The notes under the pieces are model-generated. The model saw only the letters and a list, made by a program, of their open reading frames with translations. It searched no databases and was not told the DNA's origin. A stretch of DNA of 64,000 bases, from NCBI GenBank assembly GCA_025201805.1, contig MU619362.1, positions 1 through 64,000 on the forward strand, in the 5' to 3' direction. The stretch is from Parasitella parasitica NRRL 2501 (lineage: Eukaryota; Fungi; Mucoromycota). Below are positions 1-10,873 of this stretch, one piece after another. The position numbers and the translations under genes are program-made. Position 1 is the first letter of the stretch. Each line of letters opens with the position of its first letter.

Positions 1-162
1 AAAAAAAAGAAGAAAGTCTAAATAAAAAACGTTGATGGTAAACCTAAGCTAATTGATTAGTACGATTATTTCAATTCACAATGTGATCACAAGTTCTGGT
101 AGACAGTTATTGCTGACATTTGTAATGCAAAGACAAAAAATGCAAAATAAAAGTGTTTATTG

Positions 163-2383
163 CTAATTTCTAGCATTAATAATTTTACAGAGCTTGTCCA
201 AAGAACAATCTTGAAGCGATATGCGCTCATTTTCGACTACTTGAGCCGCTTCTTCTAAAGAGAGATTTTTCTCTTTGGCAATCTTTTTTATCTCATTGAT
301 AATGATTAACCTCTTCGAGTAGTATTATCTCTCTAGCGTATGATTAACAATGTACAGAACAAGTGAATTAGTAAGTAATGCTTTATATTTTATGGCCCTT
401 TATATACCTTTTGATTCTTGTCTCCATTTACTACCATAAGCACTATTTAGGTCATTGATGCTTGGCTTTCCTTGACCCAAGCCTACCGACCACTCCTTCC
501 ACAAACCGAGAACATTGGACAGGTCCCGGTTAAGCTTGTACCGCTTTCTTGGATCCTCTTCGTCCTCCCCATCTTCTCTTTCCCTTCTTGTGCCTGTAAC
601 CACATTTGCAGGCTCAGCGGAAGCAGTAGCAGGGTCGGCAGCAGCAAGAACACCCCCAAATCTCTCCTCAATCTTCTCCATGAGACTTGCAGAGATTGCC
701 TCAACAAGCTCATTGTTTCCAGTGTCTCGATCTCCTACAGTTTTATACAGAGACTGTATTTGAAGAGACAGGTCTGAAATTCTTGAGTTCATCTCAGGAA
801 CAACACGCTGAATTTCTACTTCAGCAGGAGGCGTGGCGTTGTTCATGCTTCGATGAAGCTGTTCAGAGAAGGAAGCAAACACACTGGACTGAAAGATGCT
901 ACTATTGAACATCTCCAGCTGTTTCAAGAGCACAGCATCTTCGAGAATGATGGGCTGCAATTCGACCAGAAGCGTCAAGAAGCCTTCACCGCAAATGGTT
1001 TGAATCGACGTGTCATCCTGCATCCTTTGCTGCCATTCTTCAACCCAAGAAAAAACCTTCTGTTGAAGTGACAACGGAGGGGTGACAAGAGCACGAGGGA
1101 GCCAAAAGCAGCCTTTTTCTTCAGGAAATCCCTGAATGACTCTGATGGCGGTTCTGGGGAGGCGTGTCAAATAGCTATTTTCCATGCTCTCAGAGTTCCA
1201 CCTTCCAACTCGTCTAATGTGGTCATGAAAAAGACCTGCCATCTCGGCCTCCCGAGCTCCAGCCTGACGCCCAGAATGGGTTTTCTTGACGCTATTGACA
1301 CCCACAGCGGCAAAGGCTTTGTTGATGGAACTGAGCTGCGTGTTGTAACAAATGGACTTATCAGCGGCTCGTCCTCTTGTGAGCTTGGTGTTGAACCAAT
1401 TCTCATTTGCTGAAAAATCAGGGAATGCTTCTCCCTTGACGTGGAATCGATGAAAAAGGTAGAAGCCAACGGCTCCGAAAGCGCAGATCTGCACATTCTT
1501 GTGCCTGATAACACCACTGTAAAGCCTATGATGTTCCTGGTTAGTTTTGCCTACGGTGATCATCATGACAAACACAGGACAGCGTGTTGCTCCCTCATCC
1601 TTAAATTCAAAAGAGAATATATGATTGAGATTTGTATCTCTCAAACTGTCCCCTTCTTGCATCATCATATGATTCAACAGAACAATCATTCTATCTCTGA
1701 GTGCGTCCCCTGCCATCTTCTTTCTACTCAGATAATAGTCAGTAACTTGAACGAGTTGCTCCGCATTATATCCATCTTGGATGGATCCAACTCCAGGGTC
1801 AACAAAGTTTTGAGATTGACGAGCTGCAGAACAAAGACGCTTCAAGGACCTCTCGTAACTCTTGAGTTTCGCCACGAGGATGCTTCAAATCCATAGTTTC
1901 TTGGTACTCTACTTTCTGCTTTTTATAGAGGTCAACAAGGGCTTTAATATGCATTTTCAAAGTCTCATGACTGTATCTCATGCAGACAGTAGTGCTTGTA
2001 CCGTCAGCATTATTGAAAACTAATTGCATGCCTCTGTCAAATAATTCTTTGACATATCGAACAATCTTCATTTCAGACACAATGTCATTAGGATAATGTT
2101 TCTCAACGCACCATTCCTACAGGCAAAATTACAAATAATTTATATTAAACCTCTGTGCCTTCAAGCAAAATATTGCGTTATATACTTTAAATTTTTCTTG
2201 CTTGGAAAGGTACGCATAGATGGTGTTGACAGGTCTGACGCTCTCTACAACGCTGCGAGTTTCATAAGCTAATGAAGCTTCTACAGCAGCATTTTCCATA
2301 TTATGGCGAAGTTGCTGATCCATGCTGGAAGCCTTATGGCTATATTCGGCGTGATTGCTGGATGAATTACTGGAATGATTCAT
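163..2383 (-). mobile_element. Crypton-type (CryptonF) tyrosine-recombinase transposon gene, Ndc10-domain-II-like core plus C-terminal GCR1_C; disrupted
   Basis: YR motifs GKTNQ, KKTHSGR (HxxR), GRWN..MENSYL (W..Y); GCR1_C-like LWKEWSVGL..PSINDLNSAYGSKWR. Introns near 2117-2180 and 335-407. Frameshift near 1875; the last exon has an in-frame TAA and a frameshift. Confidence 0.85.
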
Positions 2384-3297
2384 TATAAAAGTTTCATTCT
2401 ATGAACCCTGCCCTACGCCGGAGAAATTTGCGGCTGCAGTTTGCCTTTAACTAGACACAGTTTCGAGTGGGAAGCTGCCTTTTCCTCAAACACAAGGAAT
2501 AACAAAAGGAAGGCTTATTTTTTTTTTTTTGCATGGGAGCCGAGTCTCCAGTTTTTATTCAAAATCCTTTAGTTGAGGGAAAGAAAAGACCGGATATGGT
2601 CGGGTATTTGAGTGACTTCCGCAAGTGTCTCAACAAAGAAAGGTCATAAACTTTCTAAAGAAAAAGAAAAGCTTCTGGAGAAATCAGAGCCAAAAAAAAT
2701 AAGTCTCTGGAGAAATCAGAGCGAAAAATGGTTTCCTGCGAAATTTTGACATGCGCGAAAGACAAGGTATTTATTGATTATCATTGCGAATACATTTTTA
2801 AATGCAAATAGCAACTTCTTTGTTGGCCCGAGAGATGTTTGAAAACATGATTTCTGCCATTTGCTTCAATATTTGGTTCAGGGAAATGTTACAGAGTATG
2901 GTAATAGTACTGGAATCATCGTCGAAGAGTTGCAAATCTTCTACCCATATCGCAATCAGAATATTCTTATGCTTCGTTCAATGAACGACTCATATTTCCA
3001 GTTTTGCATTGGTTTTTGCACAATCTGATGAACTGCTTTGAAAGTGATGCAGTTTCTGGGGAATCCATCACTGCGTAGCCGATTGTTTGGAAAATTCGTG
3101 AGGCAATCATAAAAGGGTTGTCATGATCACTAGTCTTCTTGACACCTTCAAAATCACAGTATGTGAATACTAGCCGTTTGATCTCGCTACGCTCGATGAC
3201 GGCGTCGTCCAGCGGGAAGATAAGCAATCAAGCATTGATAATGGAGAAGTTTACATAATAGTCAGGGGGAGGTATCCCCCTTGAACCCCCCTCTACT

Positions 3298-4080
3298 GAA
3301 TATTCGCCTCTAGGGAAAAGCAAGACATAATGAAGAGGCATGTGGGCAGCATGCGTTTCATTAATTCTTTTGAAAAGACCCTGAGCATTGGAGGAGGAGC
3401 TATTTCGATATGCAATCAAAATATCTCTGAAACTCCTGTCAGCATCTTCGTTGGGTATAACAGCCGCATCCTCGTTGACAGTTGGCAGATTTTGGGTGCG
3501 TCTGTCTTCACCAACAATTAGCTCCATTCGCATCTGAAGGTTGAGCCTGATGTGAGCATCCTCGTTGATACCATTTTGGGCTTGTCGCTCCTCTTCCTCT
3601 CTCAAAACTTCGTGAGCGTGCTTGTATATTTGGACGAACACGAACTGGAGTGATTCCACCTCTGATTTCTTCTTGTCTCTCTCGTTGAAGTTGCTCAGGG
3701 GTGGCGTCAGTACCAAATGAGGTAAACGCAAACAAAGTGTTGTACCGTCTCATACAGTATGCTGCAAGAAATGCGCTGAGCGTGAGTGACTTCCGTTGAT
3801 CAATCCATTCAAAGACTTAGGCGGTTCTTGCAGTAAGGGCAATAAAGCTTTTCCTTTTTTACAGCAAGCATAGAAGCGATTGTCGTTTCTCGTTTGATTG
3901 GTAGGTCTTTCTGCTTCCCAATGCAAGGCACCACAGCTATCACATTCAACATTCATCGTCCCCAGATCAGAGATTCGCATTCTTGCCAATTCAGAAACAA
4001 AAGCTGCGGGTGCTCTGGGTGCTGCCGGTGCTGTCGGCCTTGACGCAGCTCTATGTCTGGCGTAGTTTCGGGCACGTTCC
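3298..4080 (-). mobile_element. Helitron Rep/helicase N-terminal remnant (frameshifted, truncated)
   Basis: LGTMNVEC..CGALHW.AE...FYACCKKGKALLP, RRYNTLFAFTSFG, NLPTVNE.AAVIP and PLHYVLLFPRGEY are typical Helitron N-terminal motifs, spread over several frames. Confidence 0.85.
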
Positions 4081-5711
4081 TAAAAAAAAAAAAAAAAAAA
4101 AGTTTGCTCAATTTACAGTGTTATTCGGCAAACAATTTTTATTTACACGACATGAATCACATTTTCGGAACGAAGAGGTTTCAGGAAGACCAATTTTGCA
4201 GCTTGTCCAAATTCTAGTCTGAACAGGAGGCATGCTGATAGTAGAAGAAAGTAAATGTTATTATATGATTGTACATGGCTGAAATGGACGTGTCAAGGCC
4301 AGTTGGCTCGATGCCCGACAGAGATAATACGTTGATGGCTGATGAAAATGTGATCGAAGTTGTCGCGCTTGCCCAACCAAGTAATATAATTTTAATGATC
4401 TTGTCAATGTAAATTTTTGTTGTTTGTGGTGATGTAACAAAAGAAAATGATGACGGACCAACTTCGGGATCTCTTTCACAATCCAAACGCAAACTTGATG
4501 TGACAAGAGCAGAACAAGATTGGGTTCCACTGATGAGCTTCCGACCATCTCGTGTGCTTTTGACGCACGACCAGACATTTGGATATAGTGAAGGCGATGG
4601 AGGAAGGGTAAATCTTCGGGAGTGGATATTTCATGATGAATATCGACGTTTTTTGTGCGACCATACACTTCAATGGTATTCAACAAGATCGCTTCACCGC
4701 TTATCGTATTCAATAAGATGGCACCAGCTACACTAAAAATAATTATGTTGACAGAATTACAAATAAATTGAACAGCTCTTCCGATTGGAAGGAAGTTCTA
4801 TTAAGGAGAGTTTACATTTTCACCATACTATTTTGTAACTGAAGAAAATATGAAATAATCTGTCTTTTATTATAATTAAGTGTGCTAATGACACCAGGTA
4901 CAGTTCAATACTTTGTTTTGTCTTTTCCTTAGAATTCATGATTTTTTTCTACTTCTTTTCATAACATGTTTCAAACTGAAATAACTTTTAAACGTAGTGT
5001 ATCGACTCATCGTGGAGGGGCAATGGAAGAGCAGATGATTAGAGGACTCAGAGACAGACAAGCAGACGGGACAGATAAAATGTAAAACGTCGGTGAGGAA
5101 TATTTCCCAAGGAAAAAATCTGGCAGGGTGTAATATTTGAGTTTTTGCGGCTGACTTTTTTCATTGCTGATATTAAAGAAGCTCTTCTGTCTCTGGATTT
5201 TTCCAACATCTGGTATTGCCAATTTGAAGGAATAACTCCCTACAGAATTCTCCTCATCTCTCTCTCTCTCAAATCTGGCTTGCTCATATGATATTTATCT
5301 TTGACTAGACCACCATTCATCCCACAGCGATACTGGCCACTATCTGATCCAATGTTTGTCAGACCATTGAGGAGGATAATTGCCATTCCCTCCTGTAGTC
5401 CTTTATTCTTTTATCTGTTTTCAATTTTGTTTCTTAATTTTTTATCTTTTCATTTCTTATATCAATTATCCTTTAAGTTGCAACCACCTCTCCCCTATGA
5501 CTATTTACTCTTAGGGTACGTGGCTCAATCAATAAACAATTTTTTTTTTAAAAAAAAAAAGTTTTAATGAAATTTCTATATTATAAAGCATTAATTTAGA
5601 GCATAGGCGTGTTACAATACTTTCCCAATTTTTTTCTGTAAATCTTTCGTCGACCGGCCTCAGCAAGCACTCCCCATAGCTTTTTTGCCGCTCCATTTAA
5701 ACAGTCGGCAA

Positions 5712-5981
5712 AGGTATATTCTGGCCTGGTTTTGAGCGATGACAAAAACATTGGACTTTTTACAAATAAGATATTTGGCCTGAATACCGGTATGCTCTCA
5801 GGGCAAACCAAATCTTAGCTATTACTAAGCTTCTTTTAGCAAAAATCAAAATGTTTTCAGGAGACATCGGCTTATGTTCTAGCCTGATTTTGAGCGATGA
5901 CAAAAACATTGGAACATTTACAAATAAGATATTTGGCCCGAATACTAATAGCTTTCAGGGCAAACCAAGTCTTTGCTATTT
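5712..5981. repeat. Two imperfect direct repeats of about 110 bp (period about 158 bp) inside the Tc1-like element; partial third copy near 6063-6098
   Basis: ttttgagcgatgacaaaaacattgga...tttacaaataagatatttggcc.gaatac...cagggcaaacc occurs twice. Confidence 0.9.
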
Positions 5982-6144
5982 GGCTGCTTTTAAAGAAATT
6001 AGCATCTGAAGTACCAGAAAACAAAGAATTTAATTAATAAATTACCAGACACTATCTTCTAAATATCGGCTTGTGTTCTGATCTTGACGGTGAAAAATAA
6101 AAAGGGATACTTCACCACATGTAACCGAAATATTACTCAGTCAT

Positions 6145-6594
6145 TTGTTTCTTATGTACTGTACAATGAATAAAAGAAAAAATATGTTGGGTTATTTAAA
6201 TGGATTAAAAGAAGTCTTGTCTGATGATGAGCTTCCATCAAACTTCACAAAACTTTACAAGAAGGCCCTTAAAGAAGCCAAAATGAAAGCAACTGAAAAG
6301 TCCAAAAAGAATCGTTGTGAACGCTTTGATGAAGATATCATAAAAGTAAAACTCGATAGAAAAGGTCGGCGTGGTCAGTATAAACGAATTACGAAAGATT
6401 CTTTGGATTGTCTGTATCACGATTATTTCATAAGTAAAATGACCTTTCGCGAAGCAGCTGCGGCCAACCACATCTCCCTTTCTACAGCACACAGATATAT
6501 TCAATCTTTTCGAGAGGCACATCCGACAGAGCCAGATTATTTGATATGCAGAATAACGGATAATATGTCTAAAATAGATATGAAAAAGACCTAA
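6145..6594 (+). CDS. Basic protein with a helix-turn-helix-like motif, inside the Tc1-like element
   Basis: Uninterrupted 149-codon ORF; MTFREAAAANHISLSTAHRYI resembles an HTH. Confidence 0.5.
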   Translation: MFLMYCTMNKRKNMLGYLNGLKEVLSDDELPSNFTKLYKKALKEAKMKATEKSKKNRCERFDEDIIKVKLDRKGRRGQYKRITKDSLDCLYHDYFISKMTFREAAAANHISLSTAHRYIQSFREAHPTEPDYLICRITDNMSKIDMKKT

Positions 6595-6984
6595 TCAATA
6601 AATATTATGACTGTGTGTCTATTTATCGTATCCGGATTTTGTCACAGGAGACACCTTTGTTCAACTAGCAAACACCTGAAATGTCAGGTCAAGGTGATAG
6701 CATTCAGTAGTACTAAGCATTAAATATGAAACGCTTGGAAGGCATTGATTCTAATCTTAAAGATTTGGTTTCGTGCAATTGTTTTTATCTATCCTCTTTT
6801 TTCCGACTACACATTTTATTGAAAATAACAGATATACATACTCTGGCTCTAGCATGCATTGTCTATATAGAATATAGTAAGCAAAGGTCATCAGTGAGAC
6901 AGCTTTACAGATCTTTATTTATTCATTTTTAATCTAATTCATTGGCCATTACATAGTCAATTCACCAATATGTGAGGGCCTTTG

Positions 6985-7500
6985 CTACATGTCATGATCG
7001 TTAATTACCCCCATGGTTCCTTTATTCATCGATAGCCTAATAGCGGACTCCACATTGTCCTGCCCAAAGTTTGCATCCACGAAACTAAAATCTGGAAGAC
7101 GTTTACTTTTCCGTAAAATATTAATGTTATAGATTATTACGACATCAAGCCAAACTCTAGATGACAAAGAACGCCCTAAGAAGTACAAGATGTAAGGGTC
7201 ACAAGGGCCTTTCGCTTGTAGCAAGAAGCTCAGAAGGGTTGGCGATGACTGTTCGATTAACATACCGATAATTTTGTAAGCAACTTCTAATGGAAAATAA
7301 GCCAAGCGTGTAGTTGAACTGTTATAAATAAGTTTTGAAAATGCTACATTGGGCATCGCAAATACTGGGAGTCTTTCGAAAATACTTAAGCCTTGAATTT
7401 GAGACAATTTTACACATGTATTTTTAAAATAAATTTTATTTACCCTCTTAGACAAGTAGAAATAGGGACAAATGCTATCTGCTATTTTATAGCTGACCAT
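6985..7500 (-). CDS. Hypothetical protein inside the Tc1-like element; weak F-box-like segment
   Basis: ATG-initiated 171-codon ORF in AT-rich DNA; LAYFPLEVAYKIIGML. Confidence 0.35.
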   Translation of the reverse strand: MVSYKIADSICPYFYLSKRVNKIYFKNTCVKLSQIQGLSIFERLPVFAMPNVAFSKLIYNSSTTRLAYFPLEVAYKIIGMLIEQSSPTLLSFLLQAKGPCDPYILYFLGRSLSSRVWLDVVIIYNINILRKSKRLPDFSFVDANFGQDNVESAIRLSMNKGTMGVINDHDM

Positions 7501-7612
7501 CTTAGTCGGCTTGCTTTGAATTTTATGCTTATAAAAGGCATGAAATCAAGTATATCCTACTAAGCACAAAACATCAAATTTTTAACATGCAATTTAACTA
7601 CGCTGAAGCTGA

Positions 7613-8870
7613 TTGTTAACCTTAATGGAGCGTTATCGTAATGGAGAAAACTTGGAAACAATGCAGACTGACATTGAAATGAAGGAAGTTGATATGGACA
7701 TTGCTGAGGCCCTCGACCAAGATGACAGAGTCATAAATGCTGGTGGTAGACGTTTTTTTAAGAAGAAGAGTAGGGAAGAGAAAATATACCAATCATCAGT
7801 TGGCCCAATTTATCAATATGCTGTCTGAAATGATTCCTGTAAAATTGGCCGCAATGGGAGCTGGCATCTGTAGGTCGACGGCTTACTACTATAGAAATCT
7901 CTAAGACCAGCATGAATTCATCCCAGAAAAACTGCCTAGACGACCCAAGACACTCTCTAATTTGAACCATGAACACGTAGAGTATATAGTAAGGCTAGTT
8001 GATCAGCGGGGAACCGTTATTTTGGCAGAGATGAGAGCCAAGCTCATGGAGGATTTTTCGTCCGTCAAATTGTCGGAATCAAGCTTTTATCGGTTTGTCA
8101 GGAAGGAGTGTTGCCTGAGTATCAAGAAGGTAGAAAAACTGAATAGGTACCGCACCTCTTCAGATACCATTACCTTGCGAAAAAAAATACTGTTCAAAAA
8201 TGGCTTTTAGATCCAAACATGGATTTCCAGAGGAACTGTGTCTTTTTGGACGAGGCTGGATCTCACTTGCATATGACAAGAAGTCGGGGCTGATCAAAAA
8301 AGGGTACACCATGCAAGGTAGATGTACCAAAATCTGCTGGCAGCTTAATTACTATGGTGGGGGGGACAATTTACCATGGTGGGGCTATCGAAATAAAAAT
8401 AAAAAAAGCACCACGTAGAGAATATTATCCGCAAGAGAAAGAGAAAAAACGAGCAAGGTGAGATGGAAGAGTATGAAGAAGAGACAAACAAAGCTACTGG
8501 TACACACACAGAAAACTACCTGGCTTATATAGTTGGTGTAATGAAGATGACGAAGCAAAAGGGTTTGAAAAATTACTATATTATTCAAGACAGTGCACCA
8601 ACACACCAAGGAATTTTGATACGTGAAGCAGTTGAAAGGGAAAAACACGAACTTATCAACTTGCCTCCTCACTCTCCCTTTCTCAATCCGATAGAGGAAA
8701 TTTGGTCAAAGCTCAAGTATAACCTCAAGAGACACTCTTTCGATAACAGGGATAGGCTCTCTTATAGACTTAGCGAAGTGTTAACTATAATATCTCTTCA
8801 AGACTACCAAGGATGGATTAAACACTCCATCAGTTTCTTTCCTAAATGCCTGAACAAAGAAATATTGTAA
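7613..8870 (+). pseudogene. DD34E Tc1/IS630-family (DDE_3) transposase, multiply frameshifted
   Basis: VFLDEAG near 8240; IIQDSAPTH then 34 residues to LPPHSPFLNPIEEIW; upstream HTH-like segment LSESSFYRFVRKECCLSIKK. Confidence 0.9.
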
Positions 8871-9953
8871 TCTATTAATTTTCATTATTACACTTAATGA
8901 TTAAATAAAAGGCGGATTATATCAATAATCTCTTCACGTACAGCAACGTAGTATATGATGCTGATGCTATTTGTTCTAACCTGATGTTTTTTGCAAACGT
9001 ACAAAGAAATCATCCTTGGAAGTTAAAATCGATCTCTCCTTAAACAATCGGAAGAGCTGTCTAATTTATCTGTAATTCTGTCCAAGTAACCCCATAAATA
9101 TGAAAAATACAGTACTTTGATAAACATGTGTATAGCCAAAGCTGTTTCAGCCTGTTTTATAGCGTTTAGAATTATTATATGGGAAATGAAGACAAGCAGT
9201 ATAAACTATTCACATGATGAATTCCTTTTACAAAAGTCTGATTTTTCTATAGCTGAAAACATGCTCAATAAACCCTTTAAGAACGATTTTAATCTAATAC
9301 AAAGTATTAAATTATTACTGTATATACTTCTTTAGCCTATATTTACTTATATTACAGTGAACAAGTAAATTATACCATTAAATAGTATTATTTTGCTTTT
9401 ACAATCGGTAAATATACTATCTGTTGGGTTTTATAATAGTAGATGCAAATAGTCTGCCCCTTTTTTATTTATAAAACGAGCTGGTCACCTTGCCCACTCT
9501 GGTGCTTTTTGCAACTTTGCTACGCTAGGAAAAATTGACCTTTGTTTACGCGGAGCCCATCTCGCTCTGCGAGGCTGCCATTCTCCAAAGTAAATGAAAT
9601 TTTATTGTTTTCAAGCGTATACATTGTGTCCATAGAATTCCATAGTTAACACTCAGTTATCATGGTAACCGTTCCTAATCGAATCCAATAAATATTGCCG
9701 ATTATTTTATAAAAAAAAAAATAGAAGTAATCATGGAATGCCTTGCATATTAGTGTTGTATCCATAGAATAACCATGGTCACCATAATATTTCAATTCAG
9801 TCGTCATGGCAACCGTTCCTGATCGGATCTAAAGTTAAATGTCTATTATGGTAAACATGTAACAGCGACTACGGATCAATGTATTCATTTTTTTTTAAAA
9901 AGAAATACTAAATTTTAGGGTAACGTAAAATATTTTAATAATATTTCTTATGT

Positions 9954-10873
9954 TCATAGAGCAATCATAGCAGCCGAAACCAAAATACCAGCGCTAACTG
10001 CCAAAGATAATGGTTTGTTGATGCCAGCAGCGTTCAGGGCTTGTTCGGAGACAGGGCCATCGGTAACAGGATCAGAGGCGTTAGATGGAGAAGCCGCTGT
10101 TGTGAGCACAGGCTTCGTAGCAGGAGAAGAAGAACCAGCAGCTGATGAAGATGCACCGGTAGAAAAGGGTGAAACTGCAGCAGTTGTCGAAGAGGAAAGA
10201 GTGATAGTGGAAGGCGCAACAGTAGAAGAAGTGGGAGTAGCACTAACAGCAGCAGTAGGAGTGGTAGCTGCAGCAGGACTACTGCTATTAGGTCCACTGT
10301 AATCGCCGGGAATGATATGAGCACAGCCTTTTTCAGAGATACCACGGTTACAGCTTACGGCATCGTTCTATAGAAATAACAATGTATGTGCAAGAATACG
10401 ATTAGTACGTTATCAAGGAGCTGTATAAAAGTGTTTAAACTTACACAGCAACGCATACAGTAAGTATTTGAAACTGGCTCAATTAGGTTGACATAATAAG
10501 ACCAACCAGCACAAGAAGATCCAGTTGGTGCCTTGATATCCATTTGGCCACCTTCATCCGTACCGACCAAGTTTGCTTTTGTGTAGTCCATCTGGCCAGT
10601 AACTTGAACATAAAGGTCAGTCTTTACGTAATGAGCAGATGTGATGAAGCCTGATGGCATTTTCTCAGCGCCAGTTGCACCAGGTGTGGATCCCATGCAA
10701 AATGAATTGGCATTCCATTCAGTATTTGAGATGATACGGTCAGTGGAATCAGTAGGAGGCAAAAAGACACAGAAATTAGTAGCATCAACTACTTGCGCAA
10801 TCATACCAGCTGCATCTGTTAACGTTGCAGTCAAGCTAATTGCCACAATGAGAGACGTAAACCGAAAAATCAT
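9954..10873 (-). CDS. Secreted Cys-rich protein with Ser/Thr/Pro/Ala-rich linker and probable GPI anchor; 2 exons
   Basis: Signal peptide MIFRFTSLIVAISLTATLTDA; intron about 10369-10444; exon 2 begins NDAVSCNRGISEKGC; hydrophobic C-terminus LAVSAGILVSAAMIAL. Confidence 0.85.

Larger units (their letters stand above)
4744..9088 (+). mobile_element. Tc1/IS630-like DNA transposon, about 4.3 kb, bounded by terminal inverted repeats
   Basis: 4744-4787 (tatgttgacagaattacaaataaattgaacagctcttccgattg) matches the reverse complement of 9045-9088 at 38/44 positions. Both ends start with TA. The element encloses a DD34E transposase. Confidence 0.8.

Noticed and set aside
400-1875. Functional Ndc10-like kinetochore protein
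   Set aside because: Frameshifts, an internal stop and the TE-island context favour a dead Crypton.
4214-4736. 150-aa minus-strand ORF and overlapping ORFs
   Set aside because: No recognisable domain; lies between TE remnants and may be degenerate.
5712-5981. CRISPR-like array
   Set aside because: Eukaryotic DNA, only two long imperfect copies, and no spacer pattern or cas genes.
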